Shown piece after piece: positions 9,481 to 19,241 of a stretch of DNA of 41,393 nt. Origin of the DNA: Candidatus Latescibacterota bacterium (GTDB lineage Bacteria > Latescibacterota > UBA2968 > GCA-2709665). Below the pieces are notes generated by a model. The model worked only from the letters and a program-made list of their open reading frames with translations, had not been told where the DNA came from and made no database searches. The stretch covers positions 1 to 41,393 of the forward strand of contig CAXXJS010000047.1 of NCBI GenBank assembly GCA_963662665.2, written 5' to 3'. The translations under genes were made by a program, and so were the position numbers. Position 1 is the stretch's first letter; each line of letters begins with the position of its first letter.

Positions 9481-9579
9481 CGCGGGCAGACAGGAATGTC
9501 CGCCCCACCCTCAAACCGGCTTCTTCACGTTGTAGGCGCAAGTGAGACGGGAACATTGCGCGAGTGGTGATCAGCTCAA

Positions 9580-9813
9580 CTGTCATTCTCAGGGAACCTG
9601 AAGTGTGCGGACGTGCCGCCTGTCAGGTATCGACGCGTACAAGCCGCGCGGTGATGATTCGATGCCGCAGTAGATCCTTCGTCAGCCTGCCTGCCAATGA
9701 ATCGCCGGCAGGCAGGGCGCTTCCTCAGGATGACAGTACTGGTGCAAGTATGACCGAAACATCTCGCTTATGGCCATTGCAAAACATGTCATTCTGAGCG
9801 CAGCGAAGAATCT
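9580..9813. repeat. GTCATTCTGAGCGCAGCGAAGAATCT-type palindromic repeat elements (family F)
   Basis: Imperfect IR CTGTCATTCTCAGGGAA (9580) / TTCCTCAGGATGACAG (9721-9736), plus a canonical-looking copy at 9788-9813. Confidence 0.6.
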
Positions 9814-9973
9814 CCCGTCTTCTCGGCTTGACGAGAAGTGGAAGCCTTCACCAAACCATATGCGCGGAGATTTCTTTTGCCTGACGACCTTCACGTCATG
9901 CGGGCAGGCAGGAATGTCTGCCCCACCCTCAAAGCAGCCTATTTTCTACAGGAATGCCTTACCGGATAAGTCA

Positions 9974-10003
9974 TTGACAAGAAAGCATGCGACGGGGTAT
10001 TTT
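9974..10003 (+). promoter_or_regulatory. Putative sigma70 promoter of the AddB/AddA-like operon
   Basis: TTGACA-N18-TATTTT about 50 bp upstream of 10050. Confidence 0.45.
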
Positions 10004-10049
10004 CTGAGGACACAAAGTGCATTCGGGACATGGAAGGGTTTGAGCGGTT

Positions 10050-12758
10050 ATGCCGGTAACAGAACCTGATATGAAGCTGCATACGAAGTTGCGCAGGACC
10101 GTGGTGGTGGAAAGCCGGTACGCGCGACGATGGCACCAGACACAAGCGGCCACCAATGGCGAGCAGGGCGTGCTGGTTATCTCGATAGAGGAGCTTGCGG
10201 CCCGTCTTGCCGGTGGATTCCTCCGGTCCATTCGTACGGACTCGCTTAAGATCAGCGTGCGGGAGGCCACGGCTGCCGGATCGCTGGGCGCACTTGACCG
10301 AATCAGGGACCTGCCCGGTTTTCAGCGCGCTGCCGCCGCCAGCCTGTCCAAGGTGTGGCGGGCCGGACTCACGTTGGATGGGAAAGGGACGCCGGGCGCC
10401 GGTTCGCTGGAGATCCTGGAACGGGGAGTGCGTTCCAGGCTGCCGAAAAACCAGCTGCCGGCGGACGAACTGGCGAACGCTGCGTTGGAGCGGGCACACT
10501 ACGCCCCCATCCTGTTCGGCCGTATCGAGATCCACGGGCGCACCGAGTTGTCGCCGGTGTGGAGAAGATTACTGATACGGCTCAGCAGGGAAACGGACGT
10601 GGTCTGGGTGGCAGGCGCCAGGACGTCGCCGGACTGGCTGTCCGGATCGGATATCGCGGAGTCAACGTCGCCGGCATCCGAACCCGAAATCCGTGCGGTA
10701 TCCTGCGCCACACCCCGTCACGAGATCCAGGAAGCCCTGCGGTGGGCGCGAAAACATCTCACGGAAGGAATTCCAGCACACCGGATTGCAATTGCGGCGG
10801 CGTCTCCGGCGACGTGGGACGACCATATGATGGCCTTGTCGGATGCGGCGGACCTGCCGGTTCACTTCATCCATGGAAGACCGGTGCTTGCCACGCCGGA
10901 GGGCCAGCTTGCCGCGTCGCTCGCTGAAATCCTCCTGCGCGGGCTGTCGCGGAGTCGCATGGTCCGTCTCGTGGGACTGCTTCGCCATTGCGTTGAGGCC
11001 TTCCAGCCCCTACCGAAGGACTGGCGGGAAGTCCTTCCGGACGATGCCCCGCTACTGTCCGCCGACCGATGGGACAACGTGTTGAACGCCCTGGGGCCCG
11101 GGGACTTCTCCGACGGCAAGGATCACCGGCCTATTCTGAGGCGTATTATCACGACGCTCAGACTTGGAATGAATGAGGCGGCTGAAATCGGCGAAACACT
11201 CTTCAATGAACCGAAAACGCTGAAAGTCTGGCAACAGGCGTTGGAGGACGGTCCGCCGGCCGCCCTGGACGTGACGCTTGCAGGCCTCCGAGTTCAGGAC
11301 GACGAAGAACCGGGCGGGGCCATTGTCTGGGGGCCGGCATCGGCCATCGCAGCGGCGCCCCGTCCATTCTGCTGGCTGGTCGGCCTTACGTCGCGCTCCT
11401 GGCCCAGGCGCGCCAGCGAGGACCCGCTCCTCCCAAATCATGTCATACCGCAGAAACACCTTGACCCGCTTCCCATCCATGAGTCCGACCGCCGCGATTT
11501 CCACTCCATCTGCAGCATGACGGACCGGCAGGTCGTCTGTTCGCGGGCGCGTCGGGACAGCGAGGGACGCCTCAACGGCGTTTCGCCGCTATATCCGCAA
11601 GGAGTCACAAAGGAGTCCCTCGGTCAGAGCCGCGTCCCGGAACATGCCGCAAGCCAGAGCGATCGTTTGATGGCCCGGCCCGGGGACTTTGCCGCGCTCG
11701 CGCTGGCCCAGTCCGCCACCCGGACCTGGATCGACTGGCGGAGCGAGGACCTCACCGCTCACGACGGTCTGATCAGGCCGGGCCACCCCGTTCTGCTTCG
11801 AGCCCTCCACCGCACACAGTCCGCCAGTTCGCTGGTTAGGCTGCTTCGCGATCCCCTGGGATATCTGTGGACCTATGGGTTCCGCTGGAAGGCTGTTTCG
11901 GAAACGGAAGAGCCGATGACGCTGGACGCACTGGCGTTCGGCGAGTTGCTGCACGAGTTCCTCCGGGAGACGGTAACCAGAATGGAGGACGCCGAATCCG
12001 GAGGAATCGCGGGCGCATCCACGGACAGGATAATACAGGTTGTAGAGAAGGCAGCATTCTCGGTTTCGGAACGATGGAGCGCCACGCGCCCTGTGCCGCC
12101 GCCCGTCATCTGGCAGAGAAAGTGTGAAGAGGCGCTGGAACTGGCCGTAACCGCTTTGACGCGAGACGAAACCCCGCTGCCCGGGCAGCGCACCTGGTCG
12201 GAAATTCCGTTTGGCAGTGGCGGCCGCGCGAAATCTCCCGACGGAGACGGCCCTGCCAGCCTGCCGTGGGACCCGTCGACGCCGGTCCACATTGACGGTA
12301 CGCAGATTCGCATCGGCGGATTCATCGACCGGCTGGATCTGTCGGAGGACGGAAGCCTGGCGCGCGTTACGGACTACAAATCGGGACGGGCTCCCAACAA
12401 ACCGATCCAGATGAACGGCGGCGCGGAATTGCAAAGGTGCCTTTACGGCTTCGCGGTCAGGTCGCTTATCCGAACGCGTCCCGAAGTGGAAGCACGCCTG
12501 GTCTATCCGCGCGGCGGCGACCAGGCGATGGTCCTCGACGACACACAGGAAACACTCAAGGAACTTGCGGCGTTTCTTCAAGCGGCGAACACCCATTTTG
12601 TCAAAGGAAAAACATTATCGGGTCCTGCCGCTGAAGATCGGTGGTACGACCTTTCCTTCGCGCTTCCCGCGGGCGCAAAGGAGAGCTATCTGAAAACCAA
12701 ACGATCCTCGGCCGGCCGGGTGCTTGCCCCGCTGCCTAAACTGTGGGAGGCTCCCTGA
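10050..12758 (+). CDS. AddB/AdnA-like protein: degenerate SF1 helicase scaffold plus C-terminal PD-(D/E)XK nuclease
   Basis: SASSLVRLLRDP, FGELLHEFL, SEIPFG, IGGFIDRLDL, VTDYKSG, LQRCLY; no Walker A; start could be 10071. Confidence 0.82.
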   Translation: MPVTEPDMKLHTKLRRTVVVESRYARRWHQTQAATNGEQGVLVISIEELAARLAGGFLRSIRTDSLKISVREATAAGSLGALDRIRDLPGFQRAAAASLSKVWRAGLTLDGKGTPGAGSLEILERGVRSRLPKNQLPADELANAALERAHYAPILFGRIEIHGRTELSPVWRRLLIRLSRETDVVWVAGARTSPDWLSGSDIAESTSPASEPEIRAVSCATPRHEIQEALRWARKHLTEGIPAHRIAIAAASPATWDDHMMALSDAADLPVHFIHGRPVLATPEGQLAASLAEILLRGLSRSRMVRLVGLLRHCVEAFQPLPKDWREVLPDDAPLLSADRWDNVLNALGPGDFSDGKDHRPILRRIITTLRLGMNEAAEIGETLFNEPKTLKVWQQALEDGPPAALDVTLAGLRVQDDEEPGGAIVWGPASAIAAAPRPFCWLVGLTSRSWPRRASEDPLLPNHVIPQKHLDPLPIHESDRRDFHSICSMTDRQVVCSRARRDSEGRLNGVSPLYPQGVTKESLGQSRVPEHAASQSDRLMARPGDFAALALAQSATRTWIDWRSEDLTAHDGLIRPGHPVLLRALHRTQSASSLVRLLRDPLGYLWTYGFRWKAVSETEEPMTLDALAFGELLHEFLRETVTRMEDAESGGIAGASTDRIIQVVEKAAFSVSERWSATRPVPPPVIWQRKCEEALELAVTALTRDETPLPGQRTWSEIPFGSGGRAKSPDGDGPASLPWDPSTPVHIDGTQIRIGGFIDRLDLSEDGSLARVTDYKSGRAPNKPIQMNGGAELQRCLYGFAVRSLIRTRPEVEARLVYPRGGDQAMVLDDTQETLKELAAFLQAANTHFVKGKTLSGPAAEDRWYDLSFALPAGAKESYLKTKRSSAGRVLAPLPKLWEAP

Positions 12759-12759
12759 G

Positions 12760-15700
12760 ATGCCGTGTGAACAGCAACAGGCGGCTCCTGCCGACGTGGA
12801 GGCCCGCATCCAGGCGCTGACGCACCACCACCGCACCCTGCTCGTCGAGGCGGGCGCGGGCAGCGGCAAGACGGCGCTTATGGCCGGGCGGGCGGCGTTA
12901 CTGATGGCTGGTGGGACCGCTCCGAGGAACATCGCCGCCATCACCTTTACCGAAGCTGCCGCCGCCGAACTTCTTGAGCGGATTGAACGCATCGTGAATG
13001 AACTCTTGTCCGGCAAAAAGCTCCCCGAACTCGAGCCGGCCCTGCCGGAGGGACTGAGCGAGGCACAACGTGCCAACCTGAAAAAAGGCGCCGATACGCT
13101 CGACGAGCTGACCTGCACAACCATCCACGGCTTCTGCCAGAAACTGATCGCCCCGTACCCGGTGGAGGCGGGCCAGGACCCCGGCGCAACCATCCTGGAT
13201 CCCCGGGCGGCGGATCTCGTCTTCGAAGATCTCGTGGACGCCTGGCTTTCGGCACGGTTCGGTCGGGATCCGCGCCGGGACGGCCTGGGACGTACGCCAC
13301 CCATAAAACCTGCGAGCGGGGATGGGGAGGATCTCTTCGCCGCGCTGATGCTGAAGTCGCCGGACCAGACCCTGACGCTGATCAGGGACACCGCCCATTT
13401 TCTCAAGAGCCACCGGACGGCCGGAGCCGCCGTTTCAAGAGTCGACCAGGAAGCCCATGGGCAGTTCGTGAGTGCCGGCCGCGATTTCGCCTCGTGGTAC
13501 CACGAATCCGGCATCGAAGAGCCCGGCGCCGCGGCAATCGTTGACGATCTCCTGGACGTTGTCAACGCATTGGGCGAACCGGACGCCGGTCCCGTGTCGA
13601 GTGAACGCCTCGCCCGGCTGCTGCATCATCGACGTCCGACGGCCTGCAAGAAAGGCGTGACGGAATTCAGAAAATGGCAGGCTCGGGGAAAGTGGAAAAC
13701 AGCCGCGAAGGCCGCCGGGTTGAGCGCGGCGAGCGGAGAAGAGCGTTACGCATACGGACTGGCGCTGTACGGAGCGTGTGGCGAGGCGTACGTCGCATTC
13801 TGCAATAGTCTTGGCAGTACCGGGTTCAAGAGCTTTATCGCCGAATTCGACGCGATCAGGAAGTTGTACCGGGACTACAAGCGCGACGCGGCCCTGCTCG
13901 ATTTCGACGATCTGATATACCAGGCGCGGGACCTCCTCCGGGACCACGAACCCGTCCGCGAAGCTCTGGCAGCGCGTTATTCGCACATTCTTGTAGATGA
14001 GTTTCAGGACACGGACCCCCTGCAGGCCGAGATCATCTGGGGGCTGGCCGGAGATGGGCATCCAGGAACGCCATGGCAGGAACGCGTCATTCGTCCTGGC
14101 GCGCTGTTTCTCGTTGGAGATCCGAAACAGGCGATCTACAGGTTTCGCGGCGCAGACGTGCAGACGTATCTCACAGCCCGTGAAGTGCTGGACGAACACG
14201 ACCCCACTTCAGTCATCAATATCAGTGCCAACTTCCGGTCGCGCGCGCCCATTCTGGACTACGCCAATACCCACTTCAAGGGCATGCTCGATCCGTCAAG
14301 GGGTCAGCCCGGCTTTACGCCGCTGTCCGCAACACGCAATGCCGGCGACGAAGCGGCTGTCGCGGTTTTCGATATCGAACTCGGGGAGGACCACAAGAGC
14401 GAAAAAGGGCGGCTGCTTGCCGATCGAGTACGGGAGAAAGAAGCCAGCGTCGTCGCCGAACTTGTCGAAGATTTGATCGGCTCCTTTTCCGTCGTCGATA
14501 AGGAAGAGGGCGCCTTCAGGCCAGCGCGGCCAATCGACGTCGCGCTGCTCGCCCCCACGGGCGCCGGTCTCTGGATCTACGAGCGAGCCTTCGAAGATCG
14601 GGGCATTCCCATCGCCACGCAGGCGGGCAAGGGTTTCTTCCGGCGGCAGGAAGTCCAGGACCTGATCGCGGTTGCCAGGGCGATCTCGAACTCCGGTGAC
14701 ACGCTGGCGTTCGGCGCATTGATCCGTGGACCTCTGGTGGGTCTGTCAGAGGAGCAGATCGCCGACGAGATCCACGCATTGCCTGTCGAATCGGAACGCG
14801 CCGTCCATCTCGACGTCAGAACCGATTCATCGACTGTCGGGTGCCCGGTCCTGCGGCACACGCTGGAAGTTCTGCAAAGCCTGCGCAAGAAACGACACCG
14901 GGCAACGCCCTACCAGATCATGGCGGAGGCGATCGAGTTGCTTCACGTGCGTCCGATTCTAAGGGCGCGACATCAGGGGGGCGCCGAGCGTGCGCTTGCC
15001 AACGTCGAGCTGATCCTGGAAATGGCACGGCACTACGCGGCGAGAGGCGTCGGAGACTTCGCGCGCGCGCTCTGGCAGAGGTGGGAAGACGAGGAAGCCC
15101 AGGTGGAAGGCCGTCACGACGCTGCGACCGATGCCGTTTCGATCATCACCATGCATTCGGCCAAGGGCCTGGAGTGGCCGATTGTGATACCCATCAATTC
15201 AGCCACCGGTCGTCATCACGTGGAAAGGTTCCTGTATAGGCGGCGGGATGACAGCGTCCATTTCAAGATATTCGGCTATGCAGACAGCGAGCATGCGAAC
15301 GCCAGGCTCGAGGAGTTGGAGGAACAGGACCGGGAACGGGTGCGGCTATGGTACGTCGCGCTGACCCGCGCACGGGACCTGCTGCTGCTCCCCAGGCATA
15401 GTGAACGCAGCAAGTCTGACTGGTGGAGCCTGATTGACGTTGACGTGGATTCCCTTCCGGCGTTCGATACCGGACGGTTCAGCGGCGGCGAAGTGATTCC
15501 CCACGCCCCCACGCCCAACCCTCAAGACGCGGCAACGTGGGAAAGGGAAAAAGCGTTCATCGCCGAAAGACGTCGCAAGATTTCCTGGGTCAGACCCAGT
15601 CGACATGAAGACGCAGGGCTGCGCGAAAATGAAACCGCGACCGTATCTTCCGACATCGAGACCGCCGATGAAGCCACCGACCAGCCTCAAGGGGGTGCAT

Positions 15701-16188
15701 TTGCACCCGACCGGCTAAAGAGAGGCCTGATCCTGCACAAGCTGATGGAGGAAGTCCTCACCGGAGAAACGCCGGATGAGGAAGGACCTTTACAGGTCCG
15801 CGCCGCGGAACTCATCGACCAGCAGGGCCTTGAAGACGCCGTAGATGCGCGTTCCGATATTTCCAGCATCCGGATGGCGGCCATGGTCGTCCGGACCCTG
15901 AAACGCCCGGAGATCGCGTCGCTTCGCCCACGGCTGGTGCCCGAATGCTGGGTCTACGGCATCGCCGATAACGGGCAGAAGACGTCTATTACCGCCGGCA
16001 TTGCCGACGCGGTTGCTGTGGACGAAAAGGGCCGAATCAACGTGTTGGTGGACTGGAAGAGCGATACGGTTGTCCGGAAGAATCAGGTGTCGAATTACCG
16101 CGATCAGGTTCGCGACTACCTCGAGGCCACGGGCGCAAGGACCGGGCTCATCGTGTTCCTCAATTCGGATCACATAGTAACGGTATGA
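12760..16188 (+). CDS. AddA/UvrD-like SF1 helicase with C-terminal RecB-type nuclease
   Basis: VEAGAGSGKT, AITFTEAAA, TTIHGFC, DFDDL, VDEFQDTD, VGDPKQAIYRFRGA, NFRS, TMHSAKGLEW, YVALTRARD, GIADAV..VDWKS; ATG 1 bp after upstream stop. Confidence 0.9.
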   Translation: MPCEQQQAAPADVEARIQALTHHHRTLLVEAGAGSGKTALMAGRAALLMAGGTAPRNIAAITFTEAAAAELLERIERIVNELLSGKKLPELEPALPEGLSEAQRANLKKGADTLDELTCTTIHGFCQKLIAPYPVEAGQDPGATILDPRAADLVFEDLVDAWLSARFGRDPRRDGLGRTPPIKPASGDGEDLFAALMLKSPDQTLTLIRDTAHFLKSHRTAGAAVSRVDQEAHGQFVSAGRDFASWYHESGIEEPGAAAIVDDLLDVVNALGEPDAGPVSSERLARLLHHRRPTACKKGVTEFRKWQARGKWKTAAKAAGLSAASGEERYAYGLALYGACGEAYVAFCNSLGSTGFKSFIAEFDAIRKLYRDYKRDAALLDFDDLIYQARDLLRDHEPVREALAARYSHILVDEFQDTDPLQAEIIWGLAGDGHPGTPWQERVIRPGALFLVGDPKQAIYRFRGADVQTYLTAREVLDEHDPTSVINISANFRSRAPILDYANTHFKGMLDPSRGQPGFTPLSATRNAGDEAAVAVFDIELGEDHKSEKGRLLADRVREKEASVVAELVEDLIGSFSVVDKEEGAFRPARPIDVALLAPTGAGLWIYERAFEDRGIPIATQAGKGFFRRQEVQDLIAVARAISNSGDTLAFGALIRGPLVGLSEEQIADEIHALPVESERAVHLDVRTDSSTVGCPVLRHTLEVLQSLRKKRHRATPYQIMAEAIELLHVRPILRARHQGGAERALANVELILEMARHYAARGVGDFARALWQRWEDEEAQVEGRHDAATDAVSIITMHSAKGLEWPIVIPINSATGRHHVERFLYRRRDDSVHFKIFGYADSEHANARLEELEEQDRERVRLWYVALTRARDLLLLPRHSERSKSDWWSLIDVDVDSLPAFDTGRFSGGEVIPHAPTPNPQDAATWEREKAFIAERRRKISWVRPSRHEDAGLRENETATVSSDIETADEATDQPQGGAFAPDRLKRGLILHKLMEEVLTGETPDEEGPLQVRAAELIDQQGLEDAVDARSDISSIRMAAMVVRTLKRPEIASLRPRLVPECWVYGIADNGQKTSITAGIADAVAVDEKGRINVLVDWKSDTVVRKNQVSNYRDQVRDYLEATGARTGLIVFLNSDHIVTV

Positions 16189-16315
16189 GGGGAAGCTGAA
16201 CGGCCAATTCGCGCGAGAGGAGCTGTCCGCGACGATCGGGTTGGAAGCGTTCGTTCGCGGGCAGTCCAGCGGTTTGCGCGAACGCGAAGGATTGGGGATT
16301 ACTGGAGCGTATTGC

Positions 16316-17980
16316 ATGCGTCACGCATCAGACCAGCAGGCTAGATACAGCGACGGCGAAGCCGCCGAGAGGGATATGCTCGCCGCACTCAGGAGTACCG
16401 CGGATGTAAGCCTCGAGTCCGAGGAATTGATGGAAAAAGTGAAGGATATTGCCTCGTACTATCATCTTGGAATCGGCAGGTCGGCGATATTGAGATGCCT
16501 GGATCTTCCGGTTGACAGCAAGGTGCTGGAACTGGGCGCCGGGTGCGGGGCCATTACCAGGTACCTTGGCGAAACCTTTTCGTCAGTGCACGCAATAGAG
16601 CCAAGTCCTACTCGTGCAGAGATCGCCCGTGAGCGGTGCAGGGACCTCGAAAACGTCTCGATTTCTTGTACTGATGCGAGGAACGAGCACTTCGATTCCG
16701 ACTACGACGTGGTCGTAATCATCGGCGTCCTGGAATACGCCCCTGTCTTCATTTACCCCGAAGATGCGCCGCGTGATGCCTGTTCAAGGTTCCTGAAGCT
16801 GGCCAAAAGCGCATTGAGCGAGAACGGCAACCTGGTCCTGGCCATAGAAAACCGGATCGGTCTGGACTACTGGGCCGGCGCTCCGGAGAACCACACTGGA
16901 AAACCGTACGACGGCGTTCACGATTACCCGAATGCCGGATCTCCGATAACGTTCACCCGGACCGAATTGAAGGAACTCCTGGCCGATGCGGGATTTGACC
17001 ACACGGCTTTCTACTATTGTTTTCCGGATTACCGTTACGCCTCAACCATCCTCAGCTCTACCGGTGCGGAAGGAAGTTATTTCCTCCACAACTGGGCCGG
17101 TTTTTCTCTTGATTCACCCGGGAATAAAAAAACGCAGACGTTCAATAAACCCCTCGCGGCGAAGACGCTGGGCGAGTCCGGACTGCTCAGGGAGTTTGCC
17201 AACTCGTTTTTGGTTGTAGCAGGCGGCCATCCTGTCCCTGAGGCGAACTGGGTTGCCAGAAAATACAGTATGAAACGCCGGCGGCCCTTCCGAATCGTCA
17301 CCACGCTGTACGCGCAACCGGAACCCCGTGTAGAGAAGACGCCGCTTCACCCGTCACCCGGTGATTCCCCGGATATTCGATATGAACGGGTAAGACTCCT
17401 TACGGAGGATGCGGGCTGGAAGCCGGGCAACCTGCTCTCATTCGAGATAGAACGGGCGGCCCTGGGTAAAGATTTCCCGGATTACCTCGCCAGATTGATC
17501 GACAGATATCACGGAGAGCTCAAATCGCACTATGGAACGGGCGAGCGTGACGCGGAAGGCTTTCCCCTGCTCAGTTCCGGATCTCTGGATGCGGTTTTCG
17601 CGAACATCATTCAGGACGAAAACGGCAAATGGCACTTTATCGATGAAGAGTGGCAGACCCAATCTGAAGTCTCGATCGACTTCATGCTCTACCGATGCAT
17701 CCGGTTCTGCCTCTTCAGCCTCGGCGTCCGTGACAGGCAGGCGAGAAAGATGATACGATCACTGTACCCTTCATACAGTCGCAGCAGACATAAAAAAAAC
17801 CGCGAACTGGCGGATGCCTTTCAGCGGGAAATCTTTCTGAATATCATCGATCCCAGGGTGTTTAAGGGGAGCCTGCTGGGACGCATTGCCAGAAACGACG
17901 TGGTCCGCCCTTGTCTGGAGAAGGTCTGGCGCCGGACACCGCACGGTATCCGGTCAATTATCAGGCGTCGTCTTTTGTAA
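16316..17980 (+). CDS. Class I SAM-dependent methyltransferase with C-terminal extension (glycan-cluster type)
   Basis: VLELGAGCGAITRYLGE, IGVLEYA, AIENRIGLDYWAGAPENH, FPDYR, ANSFLVVA; GGAG RBS before ATG 16316. Confidence 0.82.
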   Translation: MRHASDQQARYSDGEAAERDMLAALRSTADVSLESEELMEKVKDIASYYHLGIGRSAILRCLDLPVDSKVLELGAGCGAITRYLGETFSSVHAIEPSPTRAEIARERCRDLENVSISCTDARNEHFDSDYDVVVIIGVLEYAPVFIYPEDAPRDACSRFLKLAKSALSENGNLVLAIENRIGLDYWAGAPENHTGKPYDGVHDYPNAGSPITFTRTELKELLADAGFDHTAFYYCFPDYRYASTILSSTGAEGSYFLHNWAGFSLDSPGNKKTQTFNKPLAAKTLGESGLLREFANSFLVVAGGHPVPEANWVARKYSMKRRRPFRIVTTLYAQPEPRVEKTPLHPSPGDSPDIRYERVRLLTEDAGWKPGNLLSFEIERAALGKDFPDYLARLIDRYHGELKSHYGTGERDAEGFPLLSSGSLDAVFANIIQDENGKWHFIDEEWQTQSEVSIDFMLYRCIRFCLFSLGVRDRQARKMIRSLYPSYSRSRHKKNRELADAFQREIFLNIIDPRVFKGSLLGRIARNDVVRPCLEKVWRRTPHGIRSIIRRRLL

Positions 17981-19048
17981 CGATTTTTCTGTACACATCG
18001 AGCGTCTGTTGAGCTGTCCGGCGCCATGAGAATCCCGATGCCCTCTGAACGCCTTTGGCGCTCAGTTCAGCGCACAACGCCGGGTCATTCGTCAGTTTGC
18101 AGATGGCATCCTCTATATCGTCGACCTCGCAGGGGTCCACCAACAGCGCCGCATCGCCCGCAACCTCCGGCATGCTCGATGTATTGCTGGTGATCACGGG
18201 ACATCCGCACGCCATTGCCTCCAGAACGGGCAGGCCGAAGCCTTCGTACATTGAGGGGTACACAAAACAGCGCGCCGTTTGATACAGGTGAATCAGCTCT
18301 GCTTCGGATACGTAGCCAGTGAAGACGACGTCATCCTGAAACGCTGCCGGGACGTGCATTATATCGTCGAATAGCCATCCCTCTTTTCCAACAATAACCA
18401 GTCTGTCCCTGGTTTTTTCTTTTTTGTGAAGGGAGACGAAGGCTTCGATGATCCTCTTGAAATTCTTCTGGGCTCCAGGGTGCTTACCGCCAGGATGAAT
18501 GCTTCCCTCGATCCCGATGCCGGTTTGAACTGCCCGGAGACGCCCTCGTGGATGACGTCGATTTTTTGTTCCGGAATGTGAAAGTGACGGATGAGATCCC
18601 TTCTGGTGCTGTGGCTTACGGCGATGAACCTGTCGACGAACCGGAATCTGTGCTTCAGGATGTATTTGAAGTAGAGAACCCGTCTGTTGGTCTGCCACTC
18701 AGGGAAGAGAAGCGGGACGAGGTCATGCACGGTCATCACAACCTTTGCGTTGGGACGAAAGAAAAACGGGGCGGTCACGGTGGGACAGTGGATCAGATCG
18801 AATCCTGAGAGACCGCGGGGCGGCGCAAAAACAGCCGAAAACAGGCCGCTTCCAAATACCATAGGGGGCGTGTGGTAAATCATGCCGGCCTGGTCGGGAA
18901 AGAGCGAACGAGGGGATTGGGACGACGCGATCAGCGTCAGGTCCAGGTCCTCGCATTCCGCAAGCGGGTGGATGAGATTGTGAATATACTGCTGAACGCC
19001 CGCGAAATGCCTGTCTCTTAATGCCTCAACGGTGATCGCGATCTTCAT
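17961..19048 (-). CDS. GT4 (GT-B) glycosyltransferase, split by a 1-nt deletion near 18465
   Basis: MKIAI..VMTVHDL..IAVSHST..VSTLEPR, then shifted frame KNFKRIIEAF..YPSMYEGFGLPVLEAMACG; one added A restores EPRKN. Confidence 0.85.
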
Positions 19049-19100
19049 GGATCCTGGTTTCTCCGGTTGAAATGGCGATTCCGGCCCTTGACGCCGCAAG

Positions 19101-19130
19101 AATATATCACGATACGGTGCAAGTTGTCAA
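19101..19130 (-). promoter_or_regulatory. Sigma70 promoter of the GT4 gene
   Basis: Minus strand TTGACA-N18-TATATT with TG extended -10. Confidence 0.55.
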
Positions 19131-19241
19131 ACAGCCGGTGTATGAATCCCTGTCTACTCAGCCTGTGCAATCAAATAAGACAGGGCGTTTTGTGTACAGC
19201 CAGCCACACCTGAAAATGTCGCATAACGAGAGGAAACGGAC

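Noticed and set aside
10050-12758. Cas4 or CRISPR-associated nuclease
   Set aside because: 902 aa, no Fe-S cysteines, paired with a UvrD-type helicase; fits AddB-like better
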